Source: Holophagales bacterium
GTDB lineage: Bacteria > Acidobacteriota > Holophagae > Holophagales > Holophagaceae
Length of the DNA: 60,688 nucleotides
Direction of reading: 5' to 3'
Assembly (NCBI GenBank): GCA_038236735.1
Contig: JBBRZL010000001.1
Coordinates: 1 to 60,688 of the forward strand
The notes beneath the pieces are model-generated. The model was not told the DNA's origin and searched no databases. It saw only the letters and a program-made list of their open reading frames with translations. Each line of letters begins with the position of its first letter. Positions within the stretch are counted from its first letter, which is position 1. The translations under genes were made by a program, and so were the position numbers. Positions 42,163-51,881 of this stretch are shown here, piece by piece.

Positions 42163-42329
42163 CACTGGACTTTGTACCCCATCACCTGGAGGCAGCGGCG
42201 GCAGACACATTCCTGACCCTCCACGCCGTGCTGGAAATGATCCAGGGTGTAGGGACAGCGGCATTTCTCGCAGACCTGGGTGGGCTCGGTGCTGGTCTTG
42301 GGGGCGTAGAGATGGGTGGGATCGGGCAT
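42162..42329 (-). CDS. 55-aa Cys-rich zinc-ribbon-like small protein
   Basis: CEKC...CVCRRC; GGAG SD; TGATG overlap with the mqnC start. Confidence 0.65.
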   Translation of the reverse strand: MPDPTHLYAPKTSTEPTQVCEKCRCPYTLDHFQHGVEGQECVCRRCLQVMGYKVQ

Positions 42330-42392
42330 GGGGGACTCCGGCCCTCCAGGATAGCGTGGATGGTGACGGTTCCGAACCTTCCCCGTTCGCGG

Positions 42393-42418
42393 CAAAGGCG
42401 GCCAGAAGGCCGCCTTTG
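42393..42418 (-). terminator. Hairpin terminator after hpf
   Basis: CAAAGGCGGCC-agaa-GGCCGCCTTTG. Confidence 0.6.
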
Positions 42419-42441
42419 ATGGAACAAGGCTGACCGGTTGT

Positions 42442-42765
42442 CTACTCTTCGACGACGGCGGCCTTGGCGCTCTCGTGGGGGCGGGTGTTCCGCTTGTCCT
42501 GGAGCTTGTGGGCCTGCGCCTCCAGTTTCTCGACGGCCTGGGTGATGCTGGCATACATGTCATCGGTGGTCGCCGAGGCCACAAAGGCACTGGCGCGCGT
42601 CTTCAGCGTGATCTCGGCCGAGTGGCGGTGCTTCTCCACACTCAGGATCACGTGGACATCGATGATGTCGTCCAGGTAGGTGGCCATCTTGTCCAGCCGC
42701 TCCTTCGTGAACTGCTTCAGGGGCTCGGTGAGCTCCATGTGGCGGCCGGTATAGTTGACCTTCAT
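42442..42765 (-). CDS. hpf: Ribosome hibernation promoting factor (short HPF/RaiA)
   Basis: TGRHMELTEPLK, V.LSVEK, DMYASI..AVEKLE.Q; directly after rpoN. Confidence 0.93.
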   Translation of the reverse strand: MKVNYTGRHMELTEPLKQFTKERLDKMATYLDDIIDVHVILSVEKHRHSAEITLKTRASAFVASATTDDMYASITQAVEKLEAQAHKLQDKRNTRPHESAKAAVVEE

Positions 42766-42817
42766 GGGATGCTCCTGAAAGGGGCCGGTTGGCCCGAAAT
42801 GGATGGATCCGGCACGA

Positions 42818-44386
42818 TCATCGGCGCCGGCGTTGGGAAGCGGGGGGAATCTTCAATTCCTCTCGGTACTTGTTGACCGTGCGGCGGGCCACCTTGATGC
42901 CATCCCGCTCCAACAGGCCCGCGATGGCCTCATCGGACAACGGCTTGGCGATGTCCTCCGCGGAGACAAAGGCCTTGATCCGGTGTTTCACCACGGTGGC
43001 GGAGATATCGGACTCCTTGGGCCGGGCCGAGAAGAAATAGTTCAGGTCGAAGAGGCCCTGGGGCGTGTGGATGGTCTTCGCCTTCACCACCCGGCTGATG
43101 GTGCTCTCGTGGAAACCGGTCGCCTCAGCCACGTCGCGCAGCACCATGGGGCGCAGGCTCTCGATGCCGTGCTCGATGAATTCCTTCTGCAGGTCCACGA
43201 TCTGGGCCGACACGCGCAACACGGTGCGATTCCGGTCCTCCACGCCCCGGATGAAGTCCCGGGCGCTGCGGAACCGCTCTCGGATGAAGTCCTTGTCGGA
43301 TTTGGCCTCACTGGAGGCCATGAAGCGCTGGTACTCGCCGTTCACCTTCAGGCGGGGCAGGCCCTCGTCGTTGAGGTACACCTTCCAGTTGCCATCTTCG
43401 CCCTTGAGCACCACCACGTCGGGCTTCACCACACGTTCGCCTTCGGGATCAAAAGCGCGACCCGGGGAGGGATTGAGGTGCTTGAGCTGCTCCATGGCCA
43501 GACAGAGTTCATCGTCGGTACAACCCAGGGCCCGGCGCAATTTGGCGCTGTCCCGTTGGGACAGGAGTTCCGTGAAGTCCTGGATGATGCGCACGGCCAG
43601 GTCATCGGGTTCGGCGCCGGCGTGGCGCAACTGCAGGAGCAGGCTCTCCTTGACGGTGAAGCAGCCCACGCCCGAGGGGTCGAATTCCTGGAGCACATCC
43701 ACGGCCGCGCACAGGGCCTCTTCGGTGACTCCAAGATCCGCTGCCAGCGCCGCCGGCGTGACTTCCAACGACTGCTGATCGGGGTCCATCCGCAGGAAGC
43801 CCTTGGGGTCCATACGGTCGATGAGCCGTTCCACCAGCGCGGCCCGGGGATCGTCATTCTCCAGGGTCTCGTAGAGCTGCGCCACCAGATGGTCCTGCAG
43901 GGATTCGAAGGCGCTGAGCCGATCCTCCCAGGAGAGCCGGTCTTCTTCCGGCAGATTGCTGGTGCGGGGCAGATCCTGATCCCAGCTGTTCTCGGCACCC
44001 AGTTCAGTTTCCTGGACCTGAGCCACGCCCTCCTCAGTGAACTTCTCCAGATCACCTTCGGGATTCATCTCGCCGGCACCATCCAGCAGTGGTCCCAGGT
44101 CGACTGTGTCCGTCCCTTCCGGAACTTCCCCGGCATCCGACATCTGCTCGGCAGAGCCCTCGGTCACATCCGAATCCCGGCCCTCTTCGATGGCCTCAAG
44201 GGTCGGTACTTCGTCGGCATCCTCCGCCAGCTCCAGCAGAGGGTTGTCCTCCAGTTCCCGCTCGATGGTCTGCGACAACTCCTGCAGGTTCATCTGCCAC
44301 AGCTTCAACTTCAGCTGCATGGCCGGCGTGAGGGCGAGGGTCTGGCTCTGGGCCAGGCGTTGGGAGAGGAAGGGTCCGGCAGCCAT
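42818..44386 (-). CDS. rpoN: RNA polymerase sigma-54 factor
   Basis: Gln/Leu-rich region I, NPLLE, HESTISR HTH, RpoN box ARRTVNKYRE. Confidence 0.96.
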   Translation of the reverse strand: MAAGPFLSQRLAQSQTLALTPAMQLKLKLWQMNLQELSQTIERELEDNPLLELAEDADEVPTLEAIEEGRDSDVTEGSAEQMSDAGEVPEGTDTVDLGPLLDGAGEMNPEGDLEKFTEEGVAQVQETELGAENSWDQDLPRTSNLPEEDRLSWEDRLSAFESLQDHLVAQLYETLENDDPRAALVERLIDRMDPKGFLRMDPDQQSLEVTPAALAADLGVTEEALCAAVDVLQEFDPSGVGCFTVKESLLLQLRHAGAEPDDLAVRIIQDFTELLSQRDSAKLRRALGCTDDELCLAMEQLKHLNPSPGRAFDPEGERVVKPDVVVLKGEDGNWKVYLNDEGLPRLKVNGEYQRFMASSEAKSDKDFIRERFRSARDFIRGVEDRNRTVLRVSAQIVDLQKEFIEHGIESLRPMVLRDVAEATGFHESTISRVVKAKTIHTPQGLFDLNYFFSARPKESDISATVVKHRIKAFVSAEDIAKPLSDEAIAGLLERDGIKVARRTVNKYREELKIPPASQRRRR

Positions 44387-45123
44387 CAGTCCAACCTGAA
44401 CCGGTCGCCCAGATAGACCCGGCGGATGTCCGGATCCTCTGCGATCTCGCTGGGCGTGCCGTTTTTCATGATCATCCCGTCCGCCAAGATATAGGCCCGG
44501 TCGGCGATTCGCAAGGTCTCACGGACATTGTGGTCGGTGATAAGGACGCCGATGCCTCGCGCCTTGAGGTCGGTGATCAGGCCCTGGATCTCCAGCACGG
44601 ACTTGGGATCCACCCCGGCGAAGGGCTCGTCCAGTAGCATGATCTTCGGCTCGGTCACCAGCGCCCGGGCCAGTTCGCAGCGCCGCCGCTCACCGCCGGA
44701 GAGGCTCATGCCCTGGGTATCCCGCACTTTCTCCAGGTGGAATTCAGCCAACAGACGCTCGCACCGTTCTTTCTGCTCCGCCTTGGGGATGGGTTGCAGT
44801 TCGCCCAGGGCCAGGAGGTTCTCCCACACCGTCAGGCCCCTGAAGATGCTGGATTCCTGAGCCAGGTAGCCGATGCCCAGTCGCGCCCGGCGGTGCATGG
44901 GCAGGGACGTCACATCCTGCCCCAGCCAGCGGATGGTGCCCCGATCCGGGGCCTCCACTCCCACCACCATGTAGAAGGTCGTGGTCTTGCCAGCGCCGTT
45001 GGGCCCCAGGAGCCCCACCACTTCCCCCATCTCAACGCAGAGGCTCACGTCCCGGACCACGGTGCGTTCACCGTAGCGCTTCTGGAGGTTCAGGGCCTCA
45101 AGACAGTGGGTGGGTTCGGTCAT
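44386..45123 (-). CDS. lptB: LPS export ABC transporter ATPase
   Basis: [50 protein letters not shown]. Confidence 0.96.
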   Translation of the reverse strand: MTEPTHCLEALNLQKRYGERTVVRDVSLCVEMGEVVGLLGPNGAGKTTTFYMVVGVEAPDRGTIRWLGQDVTSLPMHRRARLGIGYLAQESSIFRGLTVWENLLALGELQPIPKAEQKERCERLLAEFHLEKVRDTQGMSLSGGERRRCELARALVTEPKIMLLDEPFAGVDPKSVLEIQGLITDLKARGIGVLITDHNVRETLRIADRAYILADGMIMKNGTPSEIAEDPDIRRVYLGDRFRLD

Positions 45124-45163
45124 GGTTCTATCAGAACACACGTGGCCGCTCTTTGGTTCCGGC

Positions 45164-46912
45164 CTACCATCCGGTGCCGGTGCCCTTGCCGCGCACACTA
45201 CCCTGCCAGCGCACGATCTGGGGACCCGGCTCCAGTTCCAGCGCCTCGCCCTGCCCTTCGCCCAGGCGGCCCCGCAGTGTGACGGCGCCCTGGGCATGCA
45301 CGAGCTTCACGGAGCGGTCTGCGCCCAGAGTGACCGTCACGGTATCTGCAGCCAGCCGCCAGCCCTGGCCCTGGCACTCCACGCCCCCGCTGAGGAGGAT
45401 GCGCTGGGTTTCGCTCTGGCCCCGCTCGGCCCGCAGGAACAGATCGCCATCGGCCGCGGCCAGGGTGCCATTGAGACCCTCGGGGAAACTGACCACTTCG
45501 CCCTTGCGCAGGATGCGGGGACCCGAGAGCCTTTCCCGCAGGCGGCTCCAGGCGGCAGGTCGGCCCGTGAGCGTCCAGAGTGCGTCCTCCCACACCAGTT
45601 TGGCACCCCGCAGGTTACCGCCGGAAAACAGGTTCACCTGCACGGGGCCCTCGATGGTCCAGGCGCGCGGAGCGCCCTGACCGGCGCCTCCGGTGAAGGT
45701 GCCATCCTCGCCGCGGCCCAGGACCGGGCTCTGGAGCTTCCAGTGCCGGTTGGCGCGTTCGACGTCGATGCGGGGTGACGATAGGGTGCGCCGCCCCCAG
45801 GTGAGCACCGCCTGACCTTCCGCCACCGCATGACCCACCGGCAGGGATTCGGGCAGATCTTTTCCCGGTGCTTCGCGCATGAGTACCCGCGGTGCGCGCA
45901 GAATGAGGCGCTGGCCATCCACCGGCTGATCCCAGATCACGTTCCCTTCCAGGCGCAGGCCCGCCGGCGTCCAGCGGGCGCCGTTGGTGGCGAGCTGCTC
46001 CTCCCCGTCGGGCAGGCTGCGGCGAGCCCGGAAGGCGCGCAGTTCTACCTGCTGGAAACTGGCGCCGGGCAAGGGTCTTGGCGCCAGGCCGCCCTGGGCC
46101 TCCCCATGCCAGCCATCGACGCGTTCGAAGGCGAGGTGGCCAGGCCAGGTGATGGTTGCCGGTGACAGGTCCGCCACGGAGGCCTGCAGGGAGCCCTCGC
46201 TGAGCCGAGCCTTCACGCCCTCCAGGTGACCCGTCAGGAAGCCCGGAGCGGCCCAGAGGCGCTCAGCGTCCATGGCCTGAAGCGTGGCGACCACGGGCGT
46301 ATCCGTGGGGGACACCCAGCGCACGGGACCATGGTCCACGCGCAGGTTGCCTTCGACGTCCCGGCGCCACCCCGCGGGCAGGTTCCAGACCCCCCGGGTG
46401 GAGCCTTCCAGGGATTCCCAGCGCAGGGGCGCCAGACCGTCCCATTCGCCGCCGGTCCAGCGGATGGCCGGCCCTTCCTGTTCGATGTGCCCGCGGCCCA
46501 GGGGTTCCTGGGTGCCGGGCTTCATGACCCCGAGATCCATGGGCCCCTGCAAGGTCCAGACCCCGGCCTGGCGCCGGGCCTTGGGCGACAGCAGGCGCCA
46601 CTGGCCAGCCGCTTCGTCCAGGCGACCCGTCACCTGTTCCAGGCGCAGATCCTCTTCCGAACCCTCGATGGTCTTGTAGGAGAGCAGCATGCGATTGGGC
46701 CCCAACTGCTCGGTGAGCGTGCCCACGCTGCCACGGGTGCCCTCGCCGAAAAGCGGATCCCCACCCACGGTGCGACTGGGGCCGCCGTCGGTGCCTCGCA
46801 TCATGAGCCGGAAGGTGAAGCCCAGGGTGCCCACCAGCAGGAGCCAACCCAGCCTTCGCCAGAGGGGAGCCCGGGCGGGGGGAAGAGCCTGGAGCAGGGT
46901 GGACGCTTTCAA
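45164..46912 (-). CDS. Long LptC/LptA-like beta-jellyroll protein
   Basis: One N-terminal TM then repeated beta-strand segments (L.G.V, A..L.W); lies immediately upstream of lptB-rpoN-hpf; TTG start overlaps the recJ stop. Confidence 0.6.
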   Translation of the reverse strand: MKASTLLQALPPARAPLWRRLGWLLLVGTLGFTFRLMMRGTDGGPSRTVGGDPLFGEGTRGSVGTLTEQLGPNRMLLSYKTIEGSEEDLRLEQVTGRLDEAAGQWRLLSPKARRQAGVWTLQGPMDLGVMKPGTQEPLGRGHIEQEGPAIRWTGGEWDGLAPLRWESLEGSTRGVWNLPAGWRRDVEGNLRVDHGPVRWVSPTDTPVVATLQAMDAERLWAAPGFLTGHLEGVKARLSEGSLQASVADLSPATITWPGHLAFERVDGWHGEAQGGLAPRPLPGASFQQVELRAFRARRSLPDGEEQLATNGARWTPAGLRLEGNVIWDQPVDGQRLILRAPRVLMREAPGKDLPESLPVGHAVAEGQAVLTWGRRTLSSPRIDVERANRHWKLQSPVLGRGEDGTFTGGAGQGAPRAWTIEGPVQVNLFSGGNLRGAKLVWEDALWTLTGRPAAWSRLRERLSGPRILRKGEVVSFPEGLNGTLAAADGDLFLRAERGQSETQRILLSGGVECQGQGWRLAADTVTVTLGADRSVKLVHAQGAVTLRGRLGEGQGEALELEPGPQIVRWQGSVRGKGTGTGW

Positions 46913-48576
46913 GGGACCGCCTCCCCCAGGACTGCGTCCACGAGCCAGGAGCGGCCCCACCGGGCACTGCCCTGGGGCAGCGCGGCCACGCAAAGACGCT
47001 CGCCCGGGCGCGGCAGCGTGGGCCGCTCCGAACTGGCGAACCAGGTGAGGGGATCAGGCAGACCTGGCAGTCGCAGCTTCCAGTGGTCCGCCCCAAAAAC
47101 GGCCGCAGAAGCGACGAGGCCCTCCAGCTTCGCCAGGGGCGGTGCGAAACCCTGGCCGAAGGGCTCCAGCCGGGCCAGGTCCGCGTCACTGGGCAGATCC
47201 TCGGGACCGCCATCCAGCAGCAGCGGCGACTTGGCCTGGCCCTGGGCCTGAGCCTCCGCGCCCCGCTGGAGGGTCTGGCGCACGAAGGCGAAGCGGGCCG
47301 CGTCGAAGCTGAGGCCGGCCGCGGCCCGATGGCCACCTCCCCCCAGGATGAAGGGCTGGGCCAGGACCAGCAGTTCGCCCAGGTCGTAGCCCTCCGGAGC
47401 TCGCAGGCTGCACTGGGCCACGCCCTCGACCACGGTGCAGACGCCCGCGGGCCGGCCGCTGGCGCGCATGCGCTGGCCAGCCACGATGCCGATGACGCCC
47501 TTGTGGGCCGTGGGGTCCAGCACCAGATCGAAGGCGCCGTCCTCGGGTTCCGGCAGGCGCAGGGCCAGCTCCTGTTGGATGACGCGGCGCTCCTGGTTGA
47601 GGGCCTCCACGCGAACCATGAGCCGCTCGGCTTCTGCCTCGTCCCGCGTCAACAGCAGGCGGACGGCATCCTCCGCGCCGCCCATGCGGCCCACGGCGTT
47701 AAGGCGCGGCCCCAGGCCGAAGGCGATGTCCTGGGCGCCCAGCACCCCTTCCTTCTTCGCGGCCCGCAGCAGGGCCGCCAGGCCAGGGCCGTTCCTGCCA
47801 CTGAGCGAGCGCAACCCACGCCGCACCAGCAACGCGTTCTCGTCCAGCAGAGGCATCATGTCCGCCACGGTACCGATGGCCACGAGCTTGAGCAGTCCGT
47901 CCAGAAAGACGGCATCGGCGCCCACCGGAGTTGGCACCGCGCCCAGCAGAGCTTGGGCCAGCTTGAAGGCCACGCCGACGCCCGCCAGGAAGCGGTTCGG
48001 GTAGCCGTCCAGGTGGGGATGCACCACGGCGCAGGCTGGGGGCAGGTCCGCGCCCAGTGCATGGTGATCCGTGATCACCCAGTCGAGGCCCAGCTCCGTG
48101 CTGGCCTGCACCTCGGCCACGCTGCGGACGCCGCAATCGACGGAGATGAGCAAGGCCGGGTTGCGGGTGGCCTTCAATTCCTGGATGCAGTCCAGGTGCA
48201 GGCCATAGCCGTCCGAGAAGCGGTTGGGGATGAAGAAGGACGCGTCGGCGCCCAGCTTCTCCAGGGCCCGCATCAGCAGCGCCGTGGCGGTGACGCCGTC
48301 CACGTCATAGTCACCGTAGACCACGATGCGCTCATGGCTCTCGATGGCCCGGCGGATGCGCGCCACGGCAGCGTCCACGCCCGGCAGCAGGTGGGGGTCC
48401 GTGCTGCGCGCCCAGGCAGGGTCGAGCCGCCAGGCCAGGGCTTCGGGCCCAGCGATGCCGCGCAGCCAAGCCAGCCGGGCCAGCCGGAGATCCAGCTCCC
48501 AGGCCTCCGCAAGGGCCTTCCAGGGCGTCAGTCCCGCCGGAATCTGCCGGCGGAGGCGCCAAGGCTGGGTCGACAT
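46909..48576 (-). CDS. recJ: Single-stranded DNA exonuclease RecJ
   Basis: GDYDVDG, NRFSDGYG, VDCG, TDHH, LAGVGVAFK, PRLNAVGR, GGGHRAAAG. Confidence 0.93.
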   Translation of the reverse strand: MSTQPWRLRRQIPAGLTPWKALAEAWELDLRLARLAWLRGIAGPEALAWRLDPAWARSTDPHLLPGVDAAVARIRRAIESHERIVVYGDYDVDGVTATALLMRALEKLGADASFFIPNRFSDGYGLHLDCIQELKATRNPALLISVDCGVRSVAEVQASTELGLDWVITDHHALGADLPPACAVVHPHLDGYPNRFLAGVGVAFKLAQALLGAVPTPVGADAVFLDGLLKLVAIGTVADMMPLLDENALLVRRGLRSLSGRNGPGLAALLRAAKKEGVLGAQDIAFGLGPRLNAVGRMGGAEDAVRLLLTRDEAEAERLMVRVEALNQERRVIQQELALRLPEPEDGAFDLVLDPTAHKGVIGIVAGQRMRASGRPAGVCTVVEGVAQCSLRAPEGYDLGELLVLAQPFILGGGGHRAAAGLSFDAARFAFVRQTLQRGAEAQAQGQAKSPLLLDGGPEDLPSDADLARLEPFGQGFAPPLAKLEGLVASAAVFGADHWKLRLPGLPDPLTWFASSERPTLPRPGERLCVAALPQGSARWGRSWLVDAVLGEAVP

Positions 48577-48577
48577 T

Positions 48578-49537
48578 TCAGCCCACGCTGCCCATGTGGG
48601 CGAATTTCTGGTACCGCTCTTCGACGAGTTGCTCCGCAGAGAGCTCGGAGAGCTCGGAGAAGGCCTCGATGATGGCCTCCTTGAGGGCCACCGCCGCCGC
48701 GTCGAAATCCGCGTGGGCCCCGCCCAGGGGCTCCTTGACGATGCCATCGATGATGCCCAACTCCAGCAGGTGCGGGGCCGTGAGCTTGAGGGCGGCGGCG
48801 GCCTTGGGGGCCTGGCTGGCGTCCTTCCAGAGGATGGAGGCGCAGCCCTCCGGAGAGATCACGGAGTAGATGGCGTTCTCCATCATCAGCACACGGTCGG
48901 CCACGCCCAGAGCGAGGGCCCCGCCGCTGCCACCCTCGCCGATAACCACCGCCACCACGGGCACTTCGAGCTTGGCCATCTCCAGCAGGTTCCGGGCAAT
49001 GGCCTCGGCCTGGCCGCGCTCCTCGGCATCCACGCCCGGATAAGCGCCCGGCGTATCGATGAGGCAGAGGATGGGCCGCTGGAATTTCTCGGCCAACTTC
49101 ATGAGGCGCAGGGCCTTGCGGTAGCCCTCAGGCTTGGGCATGCCGAAGTTGCGCAGGATCTTCTGCTTGGTGTCGCGACCCTTCTGCTGGCCGATGATCA
49201 TGACGGCATTACCCTCGATCCAGCCCATGCCGGCCACGATGGCGGCGTCATCGCCGAACCGGCGGTCGCCGTGCAGCTCGTCGAAGCGCTCGGTGATGCG
49301 CTCGATGTAGTCGAGCGTATAGGGTCGCTTGGGATGTCGCGCCAGCTGGGCCCGCTGCCAGTCCGTGAGGTGCGTGAAGAGGTCGGCCTTCAGCTTGCCG
49401 AGCTTCTTCTCCAGCTTCTCCCGCTCCTTGGTCTGGGCCGGGTCCATCTCCATGGCCCGGATCTGGGCCTCCAGCTCAAGCACCGGCTTTTCCAGCTGGG
49501 AGAGGTCCATGGCCTGTTCGCCGGCGTCGTCTTTCAT
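48578..49537 (-). CDS. accA: Acetyl-CoA carboxylase carboxyltransferase alpha
   Basis: ARHPKRP, ELHGDR, PEGYRKA, DTPGAYPG, GEGGSGGALA, VISPEGCA. Confidence 0.97.
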   Translation of the reverse strand: MKDDAGEQAMDLSQLEKPVLELEAQIRAMEMDPAQTKEREKLEKKLGKLKADLFTHLTDWQRAQLARHPKRPYTLDYIERITERFDELHGDRRFGDDAAIVAGMGWIEGNAVMIIGQQKGRDTKQKILRNFGMPKPEGYRKALRLMKLAEKFQRPILCLIDTPGAYPGVDAEERGQAEAIARNLLEMAKLEVPVVAVVIGEGGSGGALALGVADRVLMMENAIYSVISPEGCASILWKDASQAPKAAAALKLTAPHLLELGIIDGIVKEPLGGAHADFDAAAVALKEAIIEAFSELSELSAEQLVEERYQKFAHMGSVG

Positions 49538-49688
49538 GAAACCTCAAGACAGGAAGTCCAACGGTTCAGTGTAGAGGGGCCAGCTACGATTGAATAGGGC
49601 AGGCTGACCCGGAGTAGCCTCTGCCTTGCTTGACCAAAACCGGTCTGTGTTTCACAGGCAGGCACAATATCCAAGGGAGAACCCGATC

Positions 49689-51773
49689 GTGCATGTCAGC
49701 CCTTTTCCCCTGCTAGGCCTCAGTGGTGGCATTGCCGCGGGCAAGAGCTTTGTCGCCGCGCGGCTCGCGGCGCTCGGCTGGACCGTCATCGACGCGGACG
49801 AGCTGGCACGGCAGGCTGTCGCACGGGGGAGCGAGGGCTTGCGGGCGGTGACTCAGGCCTTCGGTCCCCCCTGCCTCCAGGCCGACGGAGCCCTCGACCG
49901 GATCTGGATGGCCGACCAGGTGTTCGCGGACCCTGCCGCCCGGGCCCAGCTCAACGCCATCCTCCATCCGCGCATCGAGGGATTGCTTGCAACTCGCCTG
50001 CAGGCACTCCCAGCGACTACCCTTGGCGCGGTGCTGGATGCGGCGCTCTGGGTGGAGCGCGGCCGGGCCCACCACTTCGACGCCTTCTGGACCGTGGACG
50101 CGCCGGAGGAGTTGCGCCTGGGGCGCCTCATGGCCCGTGACGGGCTGGGCCGGGAGGCGGCCCTGGCGCGGTTGCGGGCCCAGGCCTCGGCCCCAGAGCG
50201 GGCCTTGCATGCGGACCTGGTGATCCCCAACGACGGCAGGGAGCTATCAGGAATCATCGAGGGGTCGGCCGCCGCCCTTCTGGCAGACTGGAGGGTCCGC
50301 CGCGCGCGGACCTGGAGACCGATCATGCCCGCACCATTCAGCGCCGCCCAGCTGCGCGATGTCCTGGCCGCCCTGCTCAGCCGCGGTGGCGACTACGGCG
50401 AAGTGTTCGTGGAACGCCGCCGGGCCCATGCCCTGGGCATGGATGACAGCCGCATGGAGGACGTGCTGGCCGCGGAAACCTTCGGCGCCAGCCTGCGCCT
50501 CATGGAGGGCGAGACCACCCGCTTCGCCGATCTCATCGCCCCGGCTCTGGACGAGTTGCTCGAGGCCGCCCACACCCTCTCGGCGCCCGGCACGGGAACC
50601 CCAGCAGCGATCCCCGCGCTGGAAGTGAAAACTTACCCCACCCCCAGCCCCGTGACCCAGGATCCCGGCTCAGTGGCCCTGGCGGACAAGGTGGCCCTCG
50701 TGCGCCGTGCCGAGGCCATTGCCCGCGACCACGGGGAGGCCCTGCGCCCAGGCGCCCTGAAGCAGGTGTCCGTGGGCTACGGCGACAGCACTCAGCGGGT
50801 CTGGATCGCGGCGGCGGAACCACTGGATGGCGTCTGGAGCGGGCGGATCACCGAGGACCATCGCACCCAGGTGGTGTTACGGGTGAACGCCACCGCTGGC
50901 GATGGCACTCAGCTTCAAACCGGCTACCAGGCCCTGGGCGAGACTCGTGGTTTTGAGTTGTTCACGGAAGAAGCCGTGGCCGGCCTGGTGCACGAGGCCG
51001 TGCGTCTGGCCCTGCAGGCTCTGGACGCGCAGCCCGCCCCCGCCGGGACCTTCCCGGTGGTACTGAGCAGCAGCGCCGGCGGCACCATGATCCACGAAGC
51101 CTGCGGCCACGGCCTCGAGGCCGACCTGGCCCTGGCCGGCATGAGCGCCTTCGCTGGCAAGCTGGGCCAGCAGGTCGCCGCCGAGGGCGTGACCATCATC
51201 GACGACGGCACCCTGCCGCATAAGCGTGGCAGTCAGGCCATTGATGACGAGGGCAATGCAACCAGCCGGGTGGTGCTTATCGAGAACGGCATTCTCAAGG
51301 CCTACCTGCACTCGCGGAAGACTTCCCGGAAGATGGGCAGCGAACCCACCGGCAATGGCCGCCGGGAAAGCTACCGCCATCTGCCCATCCCGCGCATGCG
51401 CAACACTTTCCTGGCCGCCGGCAGCGAGGCCCCCGAGGCCATCCTCCGCGACCTGGACCGGGGTCTGCTCGTGAAGCGCATGGGCGGCGGTCAGGTGGAC
51501 ACGGTCACCGGCAACTTCGTTTTCCAGGTGACTGAGGGCTACTGGGTGGAGCAAGGCGTGGCGCTCTATCCAGTGAAGAACGCCACCCTCAGCGGCTGCG
51601 GGCCCGAGGTGCTGCGGGGCCTCACTCGCATCGGCGATGACCTCCACCACTTCGACATCGGCACCTGCGGCAAGGACGGCCAGGGCGTGCCCGTCAGTGA
51701 CGCCCTCCCCACCATCCTCTGCCCTGCCCTAGTGGTAGGAGGCACCGCCGAGCCCCTGCCCAGCGTAATCTGA
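49689..51773 (+). CDS. coaE-tldD: Dephospho-CoA kinase (CoaE) fused in frame to TldD metalloprotease
   Basis: GLSGGIAAGKS, DAD, LNAILHPRI; then HEACGHGLEAD, GNGRRESY, RMRNT, CGKDGQ; GTG start after AGGGAG; internal SD and ATG at 50325. Confidence 0.85.
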   Translation: MHVSPFPLLGLSGGIAAGKSFVAARLAALGWTVIDADELARQAVARGSEGLRAVTQAFGPPCLQADGALDRIWMADQVFADPAARAQLNAILHPRIEGLLATRLQALPATTLGAVLDAALWVERGRAHHFDAFWTVDAPEELRLGRLMARDGLGREAALARLRAQASAPERALHADLVIPNDGRELSGIIEGSAAALLADWRVRRARTWRPIMPAPFSAAQLRDVLAALLSRGGDYGEVFVERRRAHALGMDDSRMEDVLAAETFGASLRLMEGETTRFADLIAPALDELLEAAHTLSAPGTGTPAAIPALEVKTYPTPSPVTQDPGSVALADKVALVRRAEAIARDHGEALRPGALKQVSVGYGDSTQRVWIAAAEPLDGVWSGRITEDHRTQVVLRVNATAGDGTQLQTGYQALGETRGFELFTEEAVAGLVHEAVRLALQALDAQPAPAGTFPVVLSSSAGGTMIHEACGHGLEADLALAGMSAFAGKLGQQVAAEGVTIIDDGTLPHKRGSQAIDDEGNATSRVVLIENGILKAYLHSRKTSRKMGSEPTGNGRRESYRHLPIPRMRNTFLAAGSEAPEAILRDLDRGLLVKRMGGGQVDTVTGNFVFQVTEGYWVEQGVALYPVKNATLSGCGPEVLRGLTRIGDDLHHFDIGTCGKDGQGVPVSDALPTILCPALVVGGTAEPLPSVI

Positions 51774-51777
51774 TTTT

Positions 51778-51866
51778 TTTACCGCAGATGACGCAGATTT
51801 CGCAGGTGAATTCCCACCCAGCGTTTTGATTGCTCATCTGCGCCCATCTGCGTCATCTGCGTTAAA
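51778..51866. repeat. Intergenic palindrome built from CGCAGAT units
   Basis: CGCAGATGACGCAGAT (51783-51798) is the perfect inverted repeat of ATCTGCGTCATCTGCG (51846-51861); three units per arm. Confidence 0.8.
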
Positions 51867-51881
51867 CAACAAAGGTTTTCC

